Positions 23,850 through 34,618 of a DNA stretch of 45,491 nt are shown here, one piece after another. Position 1 is the first letter of the stretch, and the number at the start of each line of letters is the position of its first letter. A program made the position numbers and the translations under genes. Under the pieces are notes generated by a model. That model had not been told where the DNA came from. It did no database searches and was given only the letters and a program-made list of their open reading frames with translations. The stretch is from Octopus bimaculoides (taxonomy: Eukaryota). The DNA lies in assembly GCF_001194135.2 (NCBI RefSeq), contig NC_068991.1, positions 33,816,209 to 33,861,699 on the forward strand, read 5' to 3'.

Positions 23850-26819
23850 GAAGAAACCTTAGGATCTGCTGCTTTGAGAGCTAGAATGTTTAGCAATAAA
23901 TGCCATCGATCCAGCAATTTTCCGAGTTCTCAATATAAAAAATTAAATTCTGAATCAAATGAGTTCAGTGGTAAGTCAAACTATTTAGAAGCAAATGATG
24001 AAAATATGAGTTCTGTTGGAATGGACACTTTCACAGTAGAAAACATAAGTTTTTCTCAGCCAAAGTCTTTCAAACAAAATAAAGAAGTTGATAAAAATGA
24101 TACTCTAAAAAGGCAGAAAACTTTAGAATTCCTTGAAAAGTTGTTGAAGAACTGTGACCCTGAAATAGAAGAACAACTCAAAAAGCTAGTTAAAGAGAAA
24201 TTTGGATTACATATGAAAAGTAGTCATCAGAAAGAGGTTCTGTCATCTAACCAAACTGTCAATGGTATTATGGAATTTCTGGAGCAACAAAGAAATGATT
24301 CTTTTCTGCCTTGTAACTCTTCTAGACTTCCCTCTTTGTCAGGCCGAAGTAAGAATGATTGGAGTAAACTAAGAGCTGATAACAATAGGAATCTGATAAA
24401 ATCTACTAAAGCATTTCTTTCTAAAAATAGAGTGACTGAAAGTACTCCTTCATTTGTTTTGGGTGAAAGTAACTTGAATGAAGACTCAGATGAAGGTGCC
24501 TTCTTGCATGGAGAGAACTGCTCAGAGAATAAGTCAGCAAGGAACTGCACTACTAGCAATATTTTTGAGACCAAATCTCACAAGGATTTCTCTAATAGTC
24601 CTCAGCATGACATGTGGGATACCATTCATCAAGTTCTTAATGAGCAAAAGTTAGAAAATCAATTTTGGCAAAAAGCAACATCCATAAAAAACAATTTTGA
24701 AACAAAACTCCCTAATTTTATGGACAAATCAAGCACAGAAGATTCAACAATTAAAAATATACTCAAGTCAATTGGATTTGATACAGAAATGTGCAAAAGA
24801 ATGCAAGAATGTGCCAAACAGGTATCTGGTATAAATGATCAGTTGGGGTCTGATAAAGATAAACAATTAACAAACAAGTTTAAACATAGCCTGTCTCCTG
24901 AAATAGATAAATGTGGTCTTAAAAGAGCAAAGAACAAAATTCTGTCTTCTGAAAAGGCATCCCATAAAATTCTTTTTAACAAAAATTTCATTGCAACTGT
25001 CCCACCTATTGATACATCAGTTCCACCACCTGTTGCTAATTTCTCAAACACAGTAACTCCCCTACCTCCCCCAGCACCCCCTCCCTTGTCAGTACTTCAT
25101 AGTAGACCACCTGTACATTCTGTGTTACCATCTGGCCTACCAACACCTATTGCTCCTGCCAATTATACTCATGTTCCATCTCAACCTGCAATAGCACCAT
25201 GTGGACCATTTTTTGCTCAGCCTCAGACATCTAACCTTTTCCCTCAACAGTACAATTTTAGCAATATGTTTGAAAGAAATACTTGCTACAACACTTCAAA
25301 GTCTATTATTCCTACCACTATACCTTGTCCACCTGTACATTCAAACTTAAAAGTTATACCTCCCTCCACTGTTCCTACATCAAATTCTTCTATACCATCT
25401 GCCACAACTCCTTCATCATTACCTGGCTCTTCATTATGCAGGGATAACTCACCCAAAACAGATAGCTGGCTGTCTAATAATGAAAGGTCTTCCCAATGGA
25501 ATTTACTTTCTCCATCTCACAGAGATAGATCTCCTACAACATCATTCCGAAATAGGTCTCTTACACCCTGTTCATCAAGGCAAACGTCTTACACATTAAG
25601 ATGTGAAAGGTCTCAGGTTTCTAGCTCATCAAAGGAAGACAAGTCACATAGTCCACTTTCTTCAAGGTTGGGTAGGTCACGAACACCTAGTTCTTTGAGG
25701 CGAGATAAATCACGAGAGAGATCACTGACACCTTCAAAATCAAGACGGAAAAAGTCACGAAATCAAAATAAACAAGATAGATCTAGAACACCTTATTCTT
25801 CAAGAAGAAGCCACTCAAGATCACCATGTTCTCTGAAAAGAGATAGGCCAAGATCTGTTTCTGGCAGAGGTTCAAGATATTCTAAGTCTAGACACAGTCG
25901 GTCACCAAGTAAACCATGCAATTTTCACTCCAAAAGATCAAAGTTACTGCATCCTGTGGATGAAAGATTTGCTTCTGAATATGAATATTCACCATCTCCT
26001 CCACTTCAAAAGAGAACTGCTATACAGTGTAATGGTTCGACTGAAGGCAAAAATAATGCCAGTTCACTGAAAGTGCAGGATGTAAAAGAAATTTTTGCCC
26101 TAAAATCTAAAAATTTGAATGCTTCTACAAACAATTCCAACAGAAAGTATTCTTGTTTTCTACCACATGAAATTGAGCAGATAATAAAACAAAGGATTTT
26201 GTGCAACAGCCGTCTTGAAATATTGCAGAATGAACTAGCAATGCTTCGCAAACAACAAAATGAATTGATGCGCAAGAAACAGCGTGAAAAAGATGGTCAT
26301 AAGGATCCTCTTTTGACTGAAAATGCTGCTTTACAGGAAGAAGTTAGCAATCAAGTTAAACTGCTGAAAAAGACCATGGAAGAACTTACTGAAACTTTGG
26401 AAATATCAGGAATGTCTATGGAGTCTTTTACTTACCATGAAAAATTTTATCAGTATTCTAAAAAATCTTCTTTATCTGATCAATTTGGATTTAAAAGCAA
26501 AAGTCATGAAACTAGAGCTAATGAAAAAAACAGAAAAACAAATAAATTCCATTCACATGAGTTTGACAAAACTGCTTCTATACAAAAGGAGATGTCTTGT
26601 GAACATTTCTCTTCTCGAGATAATAAACCTTTACTACCTTTGGAGATAAAATCTTTTGCAAAAGGAAGTCAGTCCAGTGATAAAGATAAGTTCTCATGGA
26701 ATAAAAGGATGGATGATAGCCAGCTGTGTGAGGACAAAGATAAGAGAACTTCTTCATTCCCATTAAAGTGGTCAGCATATTCTTCTGAAAACTTCTTGCA
26801 TAATTTGCATGGAAACAAG
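23850..26819 (+). CDS. ZNF318: Large internal coding exon (2,970 nt, 990 codons, phase 0-0) of a zinc finger protein 318-like gene
   Basis: Acceptor ttttgttttag|GAA GAA ACC and donor GGA AAC AAG|GTATGT, with no internal stop. It has Pro-rich and RS-rich segments and a coiled coil. Motifs KNILKSIGFD and MLRKQQNELMRKKQREKDGHKDPLL closely match my recollection of ZNF318 (ILKSIGLD; KQQGEMLRKKRREKDGHKDPLL). Not confirmed by search. The ORF-track start at 23874 is not the true boundary. Confidence 0.85.
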
Positions 26820-26850
26820 GTATGTTATATTTTAATAACCATTTATAAGT

Positions 26851-27074
26851 CACCATGAATAAAATTTTGGGTGATAGCACTAAACAGTGATGTGTATAAA
26901 TACAAACTTGTTACTAGCTCTACAATACCTGAGGTACACAACAGCAAGAAATTTTCTCCATGACATGACGCAGTAAGTGGCTTTCTTGCAGGCTCTGCAT
27001 GTTTGAGCTGGTAACAAGTTTATATTTATACATATCACTGCTTAGCATTGTTGCCCTGCATTTTATTTATGGTG
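26851..27074 (+). repeat. Inverted repeat: 70-bp arms (26851-26920 / 27005-27074), 84-nt loop
   Basis: Manual alignment: 56/70 Watson-Crick matches, no indels, 12 of 14 differences are transitions. Confidence 0.9.
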
Positions 27075-27279
27075 AACCATCAAATAATGCTACCAGTCAT
27101 TGAATGATGATAGGAATATCATAAGAGAGATAAGGTCTCTCATTTCAGCTCATGGCGTCGCCTTGTTTGGTTTCTATGACTGAAGAGAAGATAACTACTC
27201 CAAAATGCATGCATCCCATAGTCTGGTCAGGTAGTGCTGCTAGCTGATTCAGAGCATTTGCACCCATTTGTCAACAGTC

Positions 27280-27400
27280 AGAAATTTTCTCCATGGTGAG
27301 ATGCAGTAAGTGACTCTCTTGTGGGTTCAGGTGTGCCTCAAGCATGTTTGAGTTGGTAACAAGTTTGTATTTATACACATTGCTTTATGCTGTCACCTTG
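27280..27400 (+). repeat. Second copy of the hairpin loop + right arm
   Basis: agaaattttctccatg...gcagtaagtg...gcatgtttgagttggtaacaagtttgtatttatacaca parallels 26947-27040. Confidence 0.85.
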
Positions 27401-27589
27401 TATCTATGATTATTGTATCAACCTATCAAATACCTTCGGATTCAGTTTGTACCTGTCACAAGGTATATCTAACCCCATTGAGTAATATATTTTTTAACGG
27501 CCATTCTGTTAGCCAGGTTCATTGCGTAGAGCGCTTATTGTGGTATTTGCCTTTTCCCTTATGCTGTGTATGTGTGTGTGTGTGTGATT

Positions 27590-30500
27590 TTCATTTAACA
27601 TCATCATTTTCATTTAACATCTGTTTTCCATGTTGGTATATGTTGGGCAGTTTGACAGGAGCTGGCCAGCTGAAGAGCTACCCAGGCTCCATGTCTGTTT
27701 TGGCATGGTTTCTATAGCTGGATGTCCTTCCTAATACTAACCACTTTACAGAGTGTACTGGGTGCTTTTATTCAGCACTGGCACAGGTGTTTTTATGTGG
27801 CACCAGCACCCACAAGTCCGCAAGGTTAGGAATGCTTGCCTGTATGCAAGGACAACCACACTTTTACTTAGCTTAACATATTTTTTCAAGCACAGCCAAC
27901 TGCCAGGAGCCTTGGTTTCCTGCCATGCCCTCTGCGAGTCCCAGATCCTTTCTCACCACTTTGTCCCATGTCTCCCTTGGTCTACTCCTTCCACATGTTC
28001 CCTCTACAATTTGAGATCAGCACCTCTTGATGTAGCTGTTTTCATTTATGTGCATACCAGTGCAGTCTTCTCTCTTGCATGCTACTTCTGATGCCTTTCA
28101 TACCCAGTTTTTCTCTCAAATTACTTACACTGTCATATATGCACACTGACATTACCCATCTATTGGAGCATTCTGACTTCATTTTTTTCTCTCAGTAGTC
28201 ACAGCCCATGTCTCACTGCTATCTAGGTATCATACAATCTGCCTTTCACGCTGAGGGAGAGGCCCTTTGTTACTAACAGAGGTAGTAACTCTCTAAACTT
28301 TACCCAGCCTATTCTTTTTCTAGCAGCTATGCTTTCAGAACAACCTTGCCCATTACTGGTCACTTTAGTAACGGAAACTGTCTACTACTTCTAAGGACCT
28401 CCGCTGACATTTGAAGGAGTCTATTTTTCGTACATTTCTTGGTGTTTAATGTACCTGCACATGTAAAGACTACTTTCTCTGTTAACCTTCGTCTGATATC
28501 TATACACCTCTTATGTGTCTGTAGCTTGCACTGGGTGCATCTTCCAACACGTTCTCTTCATATCAAACAGGGTCATCTCCCTGGAGGGATCTGTGATTTG
28601 TCTGTTTTCCTACTTATCAATACTTTGATTTTTGCTAAATTAACTCTAAAGCCCTTTGGTTCCAGTCTGTGCTTCCATCCCTGAAATTTCTTCTCTAGTT
28701 CTGGAAGTGATTCAGCAATAGAGAACAAGGTCATTGGTGTGGAAGAGCTCCCAAGGGCAGCCGGTCTTAAATTCCTTGGTTATAGCTTAGAGGACCAAGA
28801 TAAACAAGAGGGGGTTAAGAACAAATCCCAGGTGGACTCCTATTTGTATGCTAACCTCCTTACCATACTCATTGGCGACTCTCACCCTACTGACAGCATC
28901 CTTGTACATGGCTTGTACAGCTGTCACTAACCACTCATCTGTCCCTAGTTTCTGCATTACTCACCAGATAAGGAAGTGGGCGACCCTGTCAAAAGCTTTC
29001 TCCATTTCAACAAAAGCCAGATAATGAGGTTTATTATTGATCAAGTATTTCTCCTACAGTTGCCTCACCAGCAAGATAGCATCAGTGGTACCTCTCCTTG
29101 GCACAAATTCAAACTGCATCTCATCTCTGCTAACTCTCTTTCTAATTAATTGTGCTATGACACTGTCTACAACTTTCATCACCTGGTCCAACAATCTGAT
29201 ACCTTTGTAATTATTTCTGTTTAGGGCATCTTGTAGCAGTTGACTATAATGTTGCTACACCAATCATTGGATATGACTCCCTCTTGGACAACCTGATTAA
29301 CTATCTGGGTGACCAGGTCATATCCCACCCCACCAGATATTTTAAGCATCTCAGCGGTAATACCTGATGAGCTGGAGACTTTCCCTGTCTTCATGTCTTT
29401 AATTGCTTTATTTACTAAGTTACTGTGGATTCGAATAGCTGGCCCCATGTTAGGCAGGCTCTCCTTTTCCCATGCATTCTCTACATTTAGCGACCTTTCA
29501 TAGGGGCACTTCCAAGCCTCCTTCTTTGCAGAATCACTAACTGCAAGTAAGCCATCATCTGGGCGAATACATTTCTTTCCTACTACATCACGACTTTCTC
29601 TAACACACTGTCTTGCTATCTGAAACACATCAAGACTCTGATCCTCATGTCATAGAACATTGGCAAACTTCCTCCTTTCTGCTTCTCCCTTGGCTAAGTA
29701 TACGTGTCTTATATATAGATCTCTACTACCACCGTTCTTCCAGGCCTGTTTCTTCACTTTAATGGTCTTGTCTACAACTTCATTCCACCATCACATCACC
29801 TTATGTCTGGTTGGGACTTTGCACCACCCACAGATTTGGTCTGTGGCACTCAGTGAGCTATCCCTCAGGAACTCCCAGTTGCCTTCCATGTAGTTCCTCC
29901 TCCTCCTTCTCGTTAAATTTCTCAAGTAGGGTGTCCCTAAATTTCTGACCATTTATTCCAAATCCTTCTTTTCCAGATTGGTCTGCTTCTTGGAATCCTT
30001 CTAGCCTGAAGTCTAAAGCAACTAATAACTAATTTATGACAAGGGGTACATTCTTCACCAGGGAAGGTCTTCGCATTTATGAGCAACCATATATCATGCT
30101 TTCTGATGAGAATGTAATCAATCTGACTAGTGTGGTCACTCAATTGATAGGTTATCAGGTGACTGGCTGGCTTCTTGAAGTTGGTATTGCAGATCATTAG
30201 GTCATTGGCATCATAGAACTCCAGTAGCCTTGTTCCTTCTTCCTTTCAGGAACCAACTCTATGGCTCCCATGTACACCATGGAAGATATGTGGCTGTTGC
30301 CCAACATGTCCATTGAAATCACCTGCCACAAAGATGAGGTCATTGTCATTTGTCTTTGAGGTAGCCTGCAGAAGAATATCATCAAAGTGGTCCTTTTGTT
30401 CATTTAGCAGACCCGCCTAGTAGGCACATGCATAGATAATTATTGCTGTACCACTCTGCAAAATTAGCTTAAGCTTAAATATTCTATCGCACACTCTGAC

Positions 30501-30720
30501 TACCTACCCATTTCTCTGCAAGAAGTATGCCCACATCTTCCCCATCACTGTTATCTTCCCCGAAAATTTTATACCTATGTGTCTTGCCTGTGTCTTGAAT
30601 GCACTAAACATCAACACACCTCTGTTCAAGCTTCTCAACAGTGTTGCCAGACCTACCTTTCAATGTGCCTACATTGTAAGTGGTAACTCTGAGGAAGTGG
30701 AAAAGGATGCGTGAGAGAAC
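27590..30720 (-). mobile_element. Near full-length, older degenerate RTE LINE, antisense
   Basis: Minus strand starts with APE N-terminus VTTYNVGTLKGRSG, then DFNGHVG and LLEFYDANDLMICNTNFKKP. RT-region AWKCPYERSLNVENAWEKE and ITAEMLKISGGVG follow. RTE-type tail at 27590-27790. Confidence 0.9.
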
Positions 30721-31052
30721 ATACAATGGCGGAGGGCGGAATGGTATTCAACATCTGAAAAGAAAACTTCAATGAGCATTTGATAACAGATATATCACAT
30801 CAGTTGTTCTCACATTAATCTACCATCATTCTTTCATGTAAAAATTTGCTGCCTCTATTGGAGGTAAATATAATACAAGCATTGTTAATATAAGCACTAT
30901 TGATACAAATATAAAAGGGTAGGTAATTAAATAAAAGAGCTTTTTGGTTAATTCGTTATAAGTAGTGAGGAAATAGGAGGTTTGTTAATTGACTAAATAA
31001 GTAATGCAGTCTCTTTTTGATGCATTCAGAATGTGGATGAGACAGGAGAGCT

Positions 31053-31147
31053 ATGAGAGCCTTCTGGTACAGTGGACTGACTTCCAGTACTGGTGGTTGG
31101 GGTAAAGCCATGAGAGATTTTTGGTACAGAGGAGTGATTTCCAGTAC
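31053..31147 (-). repeat. 57-bp-period direct repeat (two copies) inside a minus-strand open frame
   Basis: atgagagccttctggtacagtggactgacttccagtac (31053) versus atgagagatttttggtacagaggagtgatttccagtac (31110). Confidence 0.85.
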
Positions 31148-31425
31148 AAAGGAGAGATTTCTGATATAGGTGGTGGAGGTGGGTGCATCACTAATAAGAA
31201 AGGGCAGAAAGATTACTCCTTTCTTAGCTATAACAGAAATAAAGAGACAGAGGGAGAACAGAGAAAGCTGGGAGGGAAAAATGCAAACATTAAAGTGAGG
31301 GTGCATATCTAATGAGAGACAAAAAATTATGATTATGATAAGTTAGCTTAAATTAACCTAAAGTACAGGTGGGCTAGTATTTTATGAGGTAGAAATGAAA
31401 ATAGATGAATGATATATGATTAAAA

Positions 31426-31690
31426 TGAAGAAGATGGCATACTTAGCTGGACATGATACACATGGTTGAGAGCAAGCAATGTAAATTGAAAGGACCTGTA
31501 TGGAGTGGTACATATGAAGATAGCAATAGGAAGAAAGAAACGAAAAGTGATATGATCAAGTTGAAGAAGATGGCGCACATAGCTGGACATGATAGACATG
31601 GTTGAGAGCAAGCAATGCAAATTGAAGGGGACTGTATGGAGGGGTTTATATAACGATAGCAACAGGAAGAAGGAAATGAAAAGAGATGAG
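31426..31690. repeat. 136-bp-period tandem duplication
   Basis: tgaagaagatggc...agctggacatgata.acatggttgagagcaagcaatg.aaattgaa at 31426 and 31562. Confidence 0.85.
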
Positions 31691-31995
31691 ATTGCCACTG
31701 GAAATGGAGTCAAAGCACAGATACAAAATCTTCCATAAAAATATGAATAAGATAAGGGAGCTTCTATGTACTTGTTGGCCTTGCTAAAAATAGCAACTGA
31801 ATTTCCTCACATCATACCCTACTGCCTTTTACAATATATATATATATCTCCTTTAAGTTCATTTATGGAAAATGTTTTTGAGGACGCACATAAAAGTTCC
31901 TATGTTGTTATGCTGTCTATAGAGAAGTAATTCCAACATGCAACAGCAATTTTATGGGATAGTACTGAATTGTACCAATACAATGTAGGATAAGT

Positions 31996-31999
<4 letters not shown>

Positions 32000-32039
<40 letters not shown>
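32000..32039. repeat. (TAA)n microsatellite
   Basis: Perfect TAA run. Confidence 0.95.
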
Positions 32040-32049
32040 TATTATTCAA

Positions 32050-32380
32050 GGTGCATGGCTTAGTGGTTAGAGTGTTGAGCTTATGATTGTGAGGTTGTGA
32101 GTTCGATTTCCGGACTGGGTTGTGTGTTGTATTCTTGAGCAAGACACTTTATTTCATGTTGCGCCAGTTCACTCAGCTGTAGAAATGAGTTGTTACGTAC
32201 TGGTGCCAAGCTGTATCGGCCTTTGCCTTTCCCTTGGATAACATCGGTGGCGTGGAGAAGGGAGGCTGATATGCATGGGCGACTGCTGGTCTTCCATAAA
32301 CAACCTTGCCCGGATTTGTGCCTCAGAGGATAACTTTCTAGATGCAGTCCCATGGTCATTCATGACCAAAAGGGGTCACC
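32050..32380 (+). mobile_element. tRNA-derived SINE, family C
   Basis: A box TGGCTTAGTGG (32057-32067) and B box GAGTTCGATTTCC (about 32099-32111), then cttgagcaagacact and cagttcactcagctgtagaaatgagt. Confidence 0.85.
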
Positions 32381-32478
32381 TGTTAATCCTAGGATGGAAT
32401 TTTATCAATATTTTAATACATCATTATGCACGTTTCCATAAAGCACATGTTGTTTTTGACTATAATGTGCATCCATAG

Positions 32479-32518
32479 GATGATTACACTGTAATTTGTA
32501 GTATCCATGGATATTGCG
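32479..32518 (+). CDS. Candidate 40-nt exon (DDYTVICSIHGYC, phase 0 to 1)
   Basis: catccatag| acceptor and GCG|GTGAGT donor. Only one frame is open, and it is compatible with the phase-0 end of the large exon. Confidence 0.4.
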
Positions 32519-33319
32519 GTGAGTCATTGTTCATGTGTTCATTTTGTCAGATGTAATATTCATGAATATTACAAATTATAGTGGATGCAGATTATAGTCA
32601 CAAACAAAATGTGATTTGTGGAAACATGCATAACAATTGCTATTTATTTGATTTATTAAAACTTGTTAAAATTATTTTATTTAAATTATTATTTATTTCA
32701 AAAAAATTTACCCAGTGTTGCTTGTATACTGTTTGCATTTACTAGTTCATTAATAAATTGCTCATACTCATTGCTTTTGAAATTCTACAGATATTTGTTG
32801 TATGTCATGATGATGATGATGGTAAAATGTTTGTAAAGTTTGCTTATGAGCAATGATTTGAAGAGCTTCTAAAATATTGCCTTCTGGATTTGATTTATTT
32901 CCTTTTCATCTTAAGATTTTACATCAGTAACATCTTGACATATTTCTAACATTGTCACTGTAACTTCCACTTCAGCTTTGAAACTCTTTGTTGTATATTG
33001 TATTGTCTGGGGTTCTATTAAAATGTTTGTTTGTAATGTACAGTGTACTTAAAGATTTTTATAACGTTTGTAAATTTGATTTCATTTTAAACAAAGTGTT
33101 TGGGTCTGACTAATTTTGATAGCAACAGATGTCAACATTATCTATGATTATTATAAACAGGCTCCTGTGTGTGTGTGTGTGTGTGTGTGTTTATATATGT
33201 TCATACATGTGCATGTTTCAATAGTTGGTGTATATTTGTAGGATTTTTAATTGCATTTATTAAATATTGCTGAACTTCTTATCATCAACTGTAGTTGCAT
33301 TCCTTTCTCTATTTTTTGT

Positions 33320-33800
33320 TATATCTCCCCCTCCTCTGCCATACCTCATCTTTAATACCTGTTAGATCTCCCATAGTGTTCCACTCACCATTGTCATCCT
33401 TATGTACCTCTACATCTCCCTCCCCATCACCCCTACACTTTGCATATCATCCTACTACTTCTTGATCTATCCTCTTTTTTGAGCCACTTCTATGTCTCTC
33501 ACCTTACTCCCCCTCCATACTGGTATTTCCTGTCAATCACATCTCCACCCTTGTTCATCACTCACTCAATTCTACCTTCACTTCTAACCTCTATTTCTAA
33601 CAATTTGTTAATTTTCTTTCACACTCTTATGAAACTACTCCCACTCCACTGTCTGTTTCCTCTCTTGGCTCATCTTCTGGTACCTTGAGAGTTTGCTCTG
33701 GCACTCCATCACTACCATATTTACCTCCTTCCCAGCTTATATAATGTAGAGTAGCCATGTATTTCCTCAATAGCAAGACACCTGTGCTTTTTCCTCTGTC
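33320..33800 (-). mobile_element. Old degenerate LINE remnant, similar in texture to 15300-16050
   Basis: C/T-rich degenerate sequence sharing blocks such as catccttatgtacc with 15660. Confidence 0.4.
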
Positions 33801-33929
33801 ATACTTTAGCCTGTCAACACCTGGTATAAATCCACCTTTTTTCAAACACTCTTTCCCTCACAAATATTTAGTTGAGGAGGTTTCTTCCTGTCTTGCAAGT
33901 CACTCAACAACCTCACTACTGCTAGTGGT

Positions 33930-34100
33930 ACAGAAAAAGCATTCAGTACATACTGTAAAGTGGTTGACTTTAGGAAGGGCATCTAGCTGTAGTATCATGC
34001 CAAAGCTGACACTGGAGCTTGATGGAACTTTGTGGTTTGCCAAATCCTGTCAAACCATCCGGTCCATGCTGGCACGGAAAATGCGATGTTAAATGATGAT
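33930..34100 (+). mobile_element. RTE-tail-derived short repeat
   Basis: aaaagcattcagtaca...gtggttg...aggaagggcatctagctgtag...catgctggcacggaa...gttaaatgatgat. Confidence 0.8.
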
Positions 34101-34618
34101 TTTCCCAGCACTCAAGGACTGATCAAGTCAACATTCTTCATGCATCCCTTCCATGTCTTCTCATCTTGTCTTATTAAAATGTCTAATTTAATATTACTAT
34201 TAACCCTTGAAACATCTAACATCTCTTTTTATAGAAGCACACTTTTTTCATTTTATTCAATTAATTCCTCAACTCATTTGTGCTTGCATTCACATTGCAT
34301 ATTGTGTTAAATTCACTCCTTTCCACTCATTGAATATCTTATCTACCACAACTCAAAAAATATGAAGGAAAATTTCAGACACATATATCTCTCTATCCTT
34401 CTTTCATATCTAAGAGGGTCAAAACAAGTTAAAGTGCAATTCTCTCCTCCAGATGCATACCAAATGGAAAAAGAAATGTCTATTTTATACATACAAAAAA
34501 AGAAAAGAAAGCTAAAAGCATATACAGCATTTAAATAATTCTTCCGCTATCTTTCATGTTACTGATGCAAATTTACAAAGCAGTAATGTTGAGGGCATTA
34601 CTGTTCTGATAATGAATA

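Noticed and set aside
24227-26880. Several 70-115 aa ORFs overlapping the large exon
   Set aside because: Antisense or alternative-frame shadows of the 990-codon exon
32050-32115. tRNA-like A/B boxes (also the minus-strand head near 9700-9770)
   Set aside because: SINE heads continuing into repeat bodies; no complete cloverleaf, so not tRNA genes
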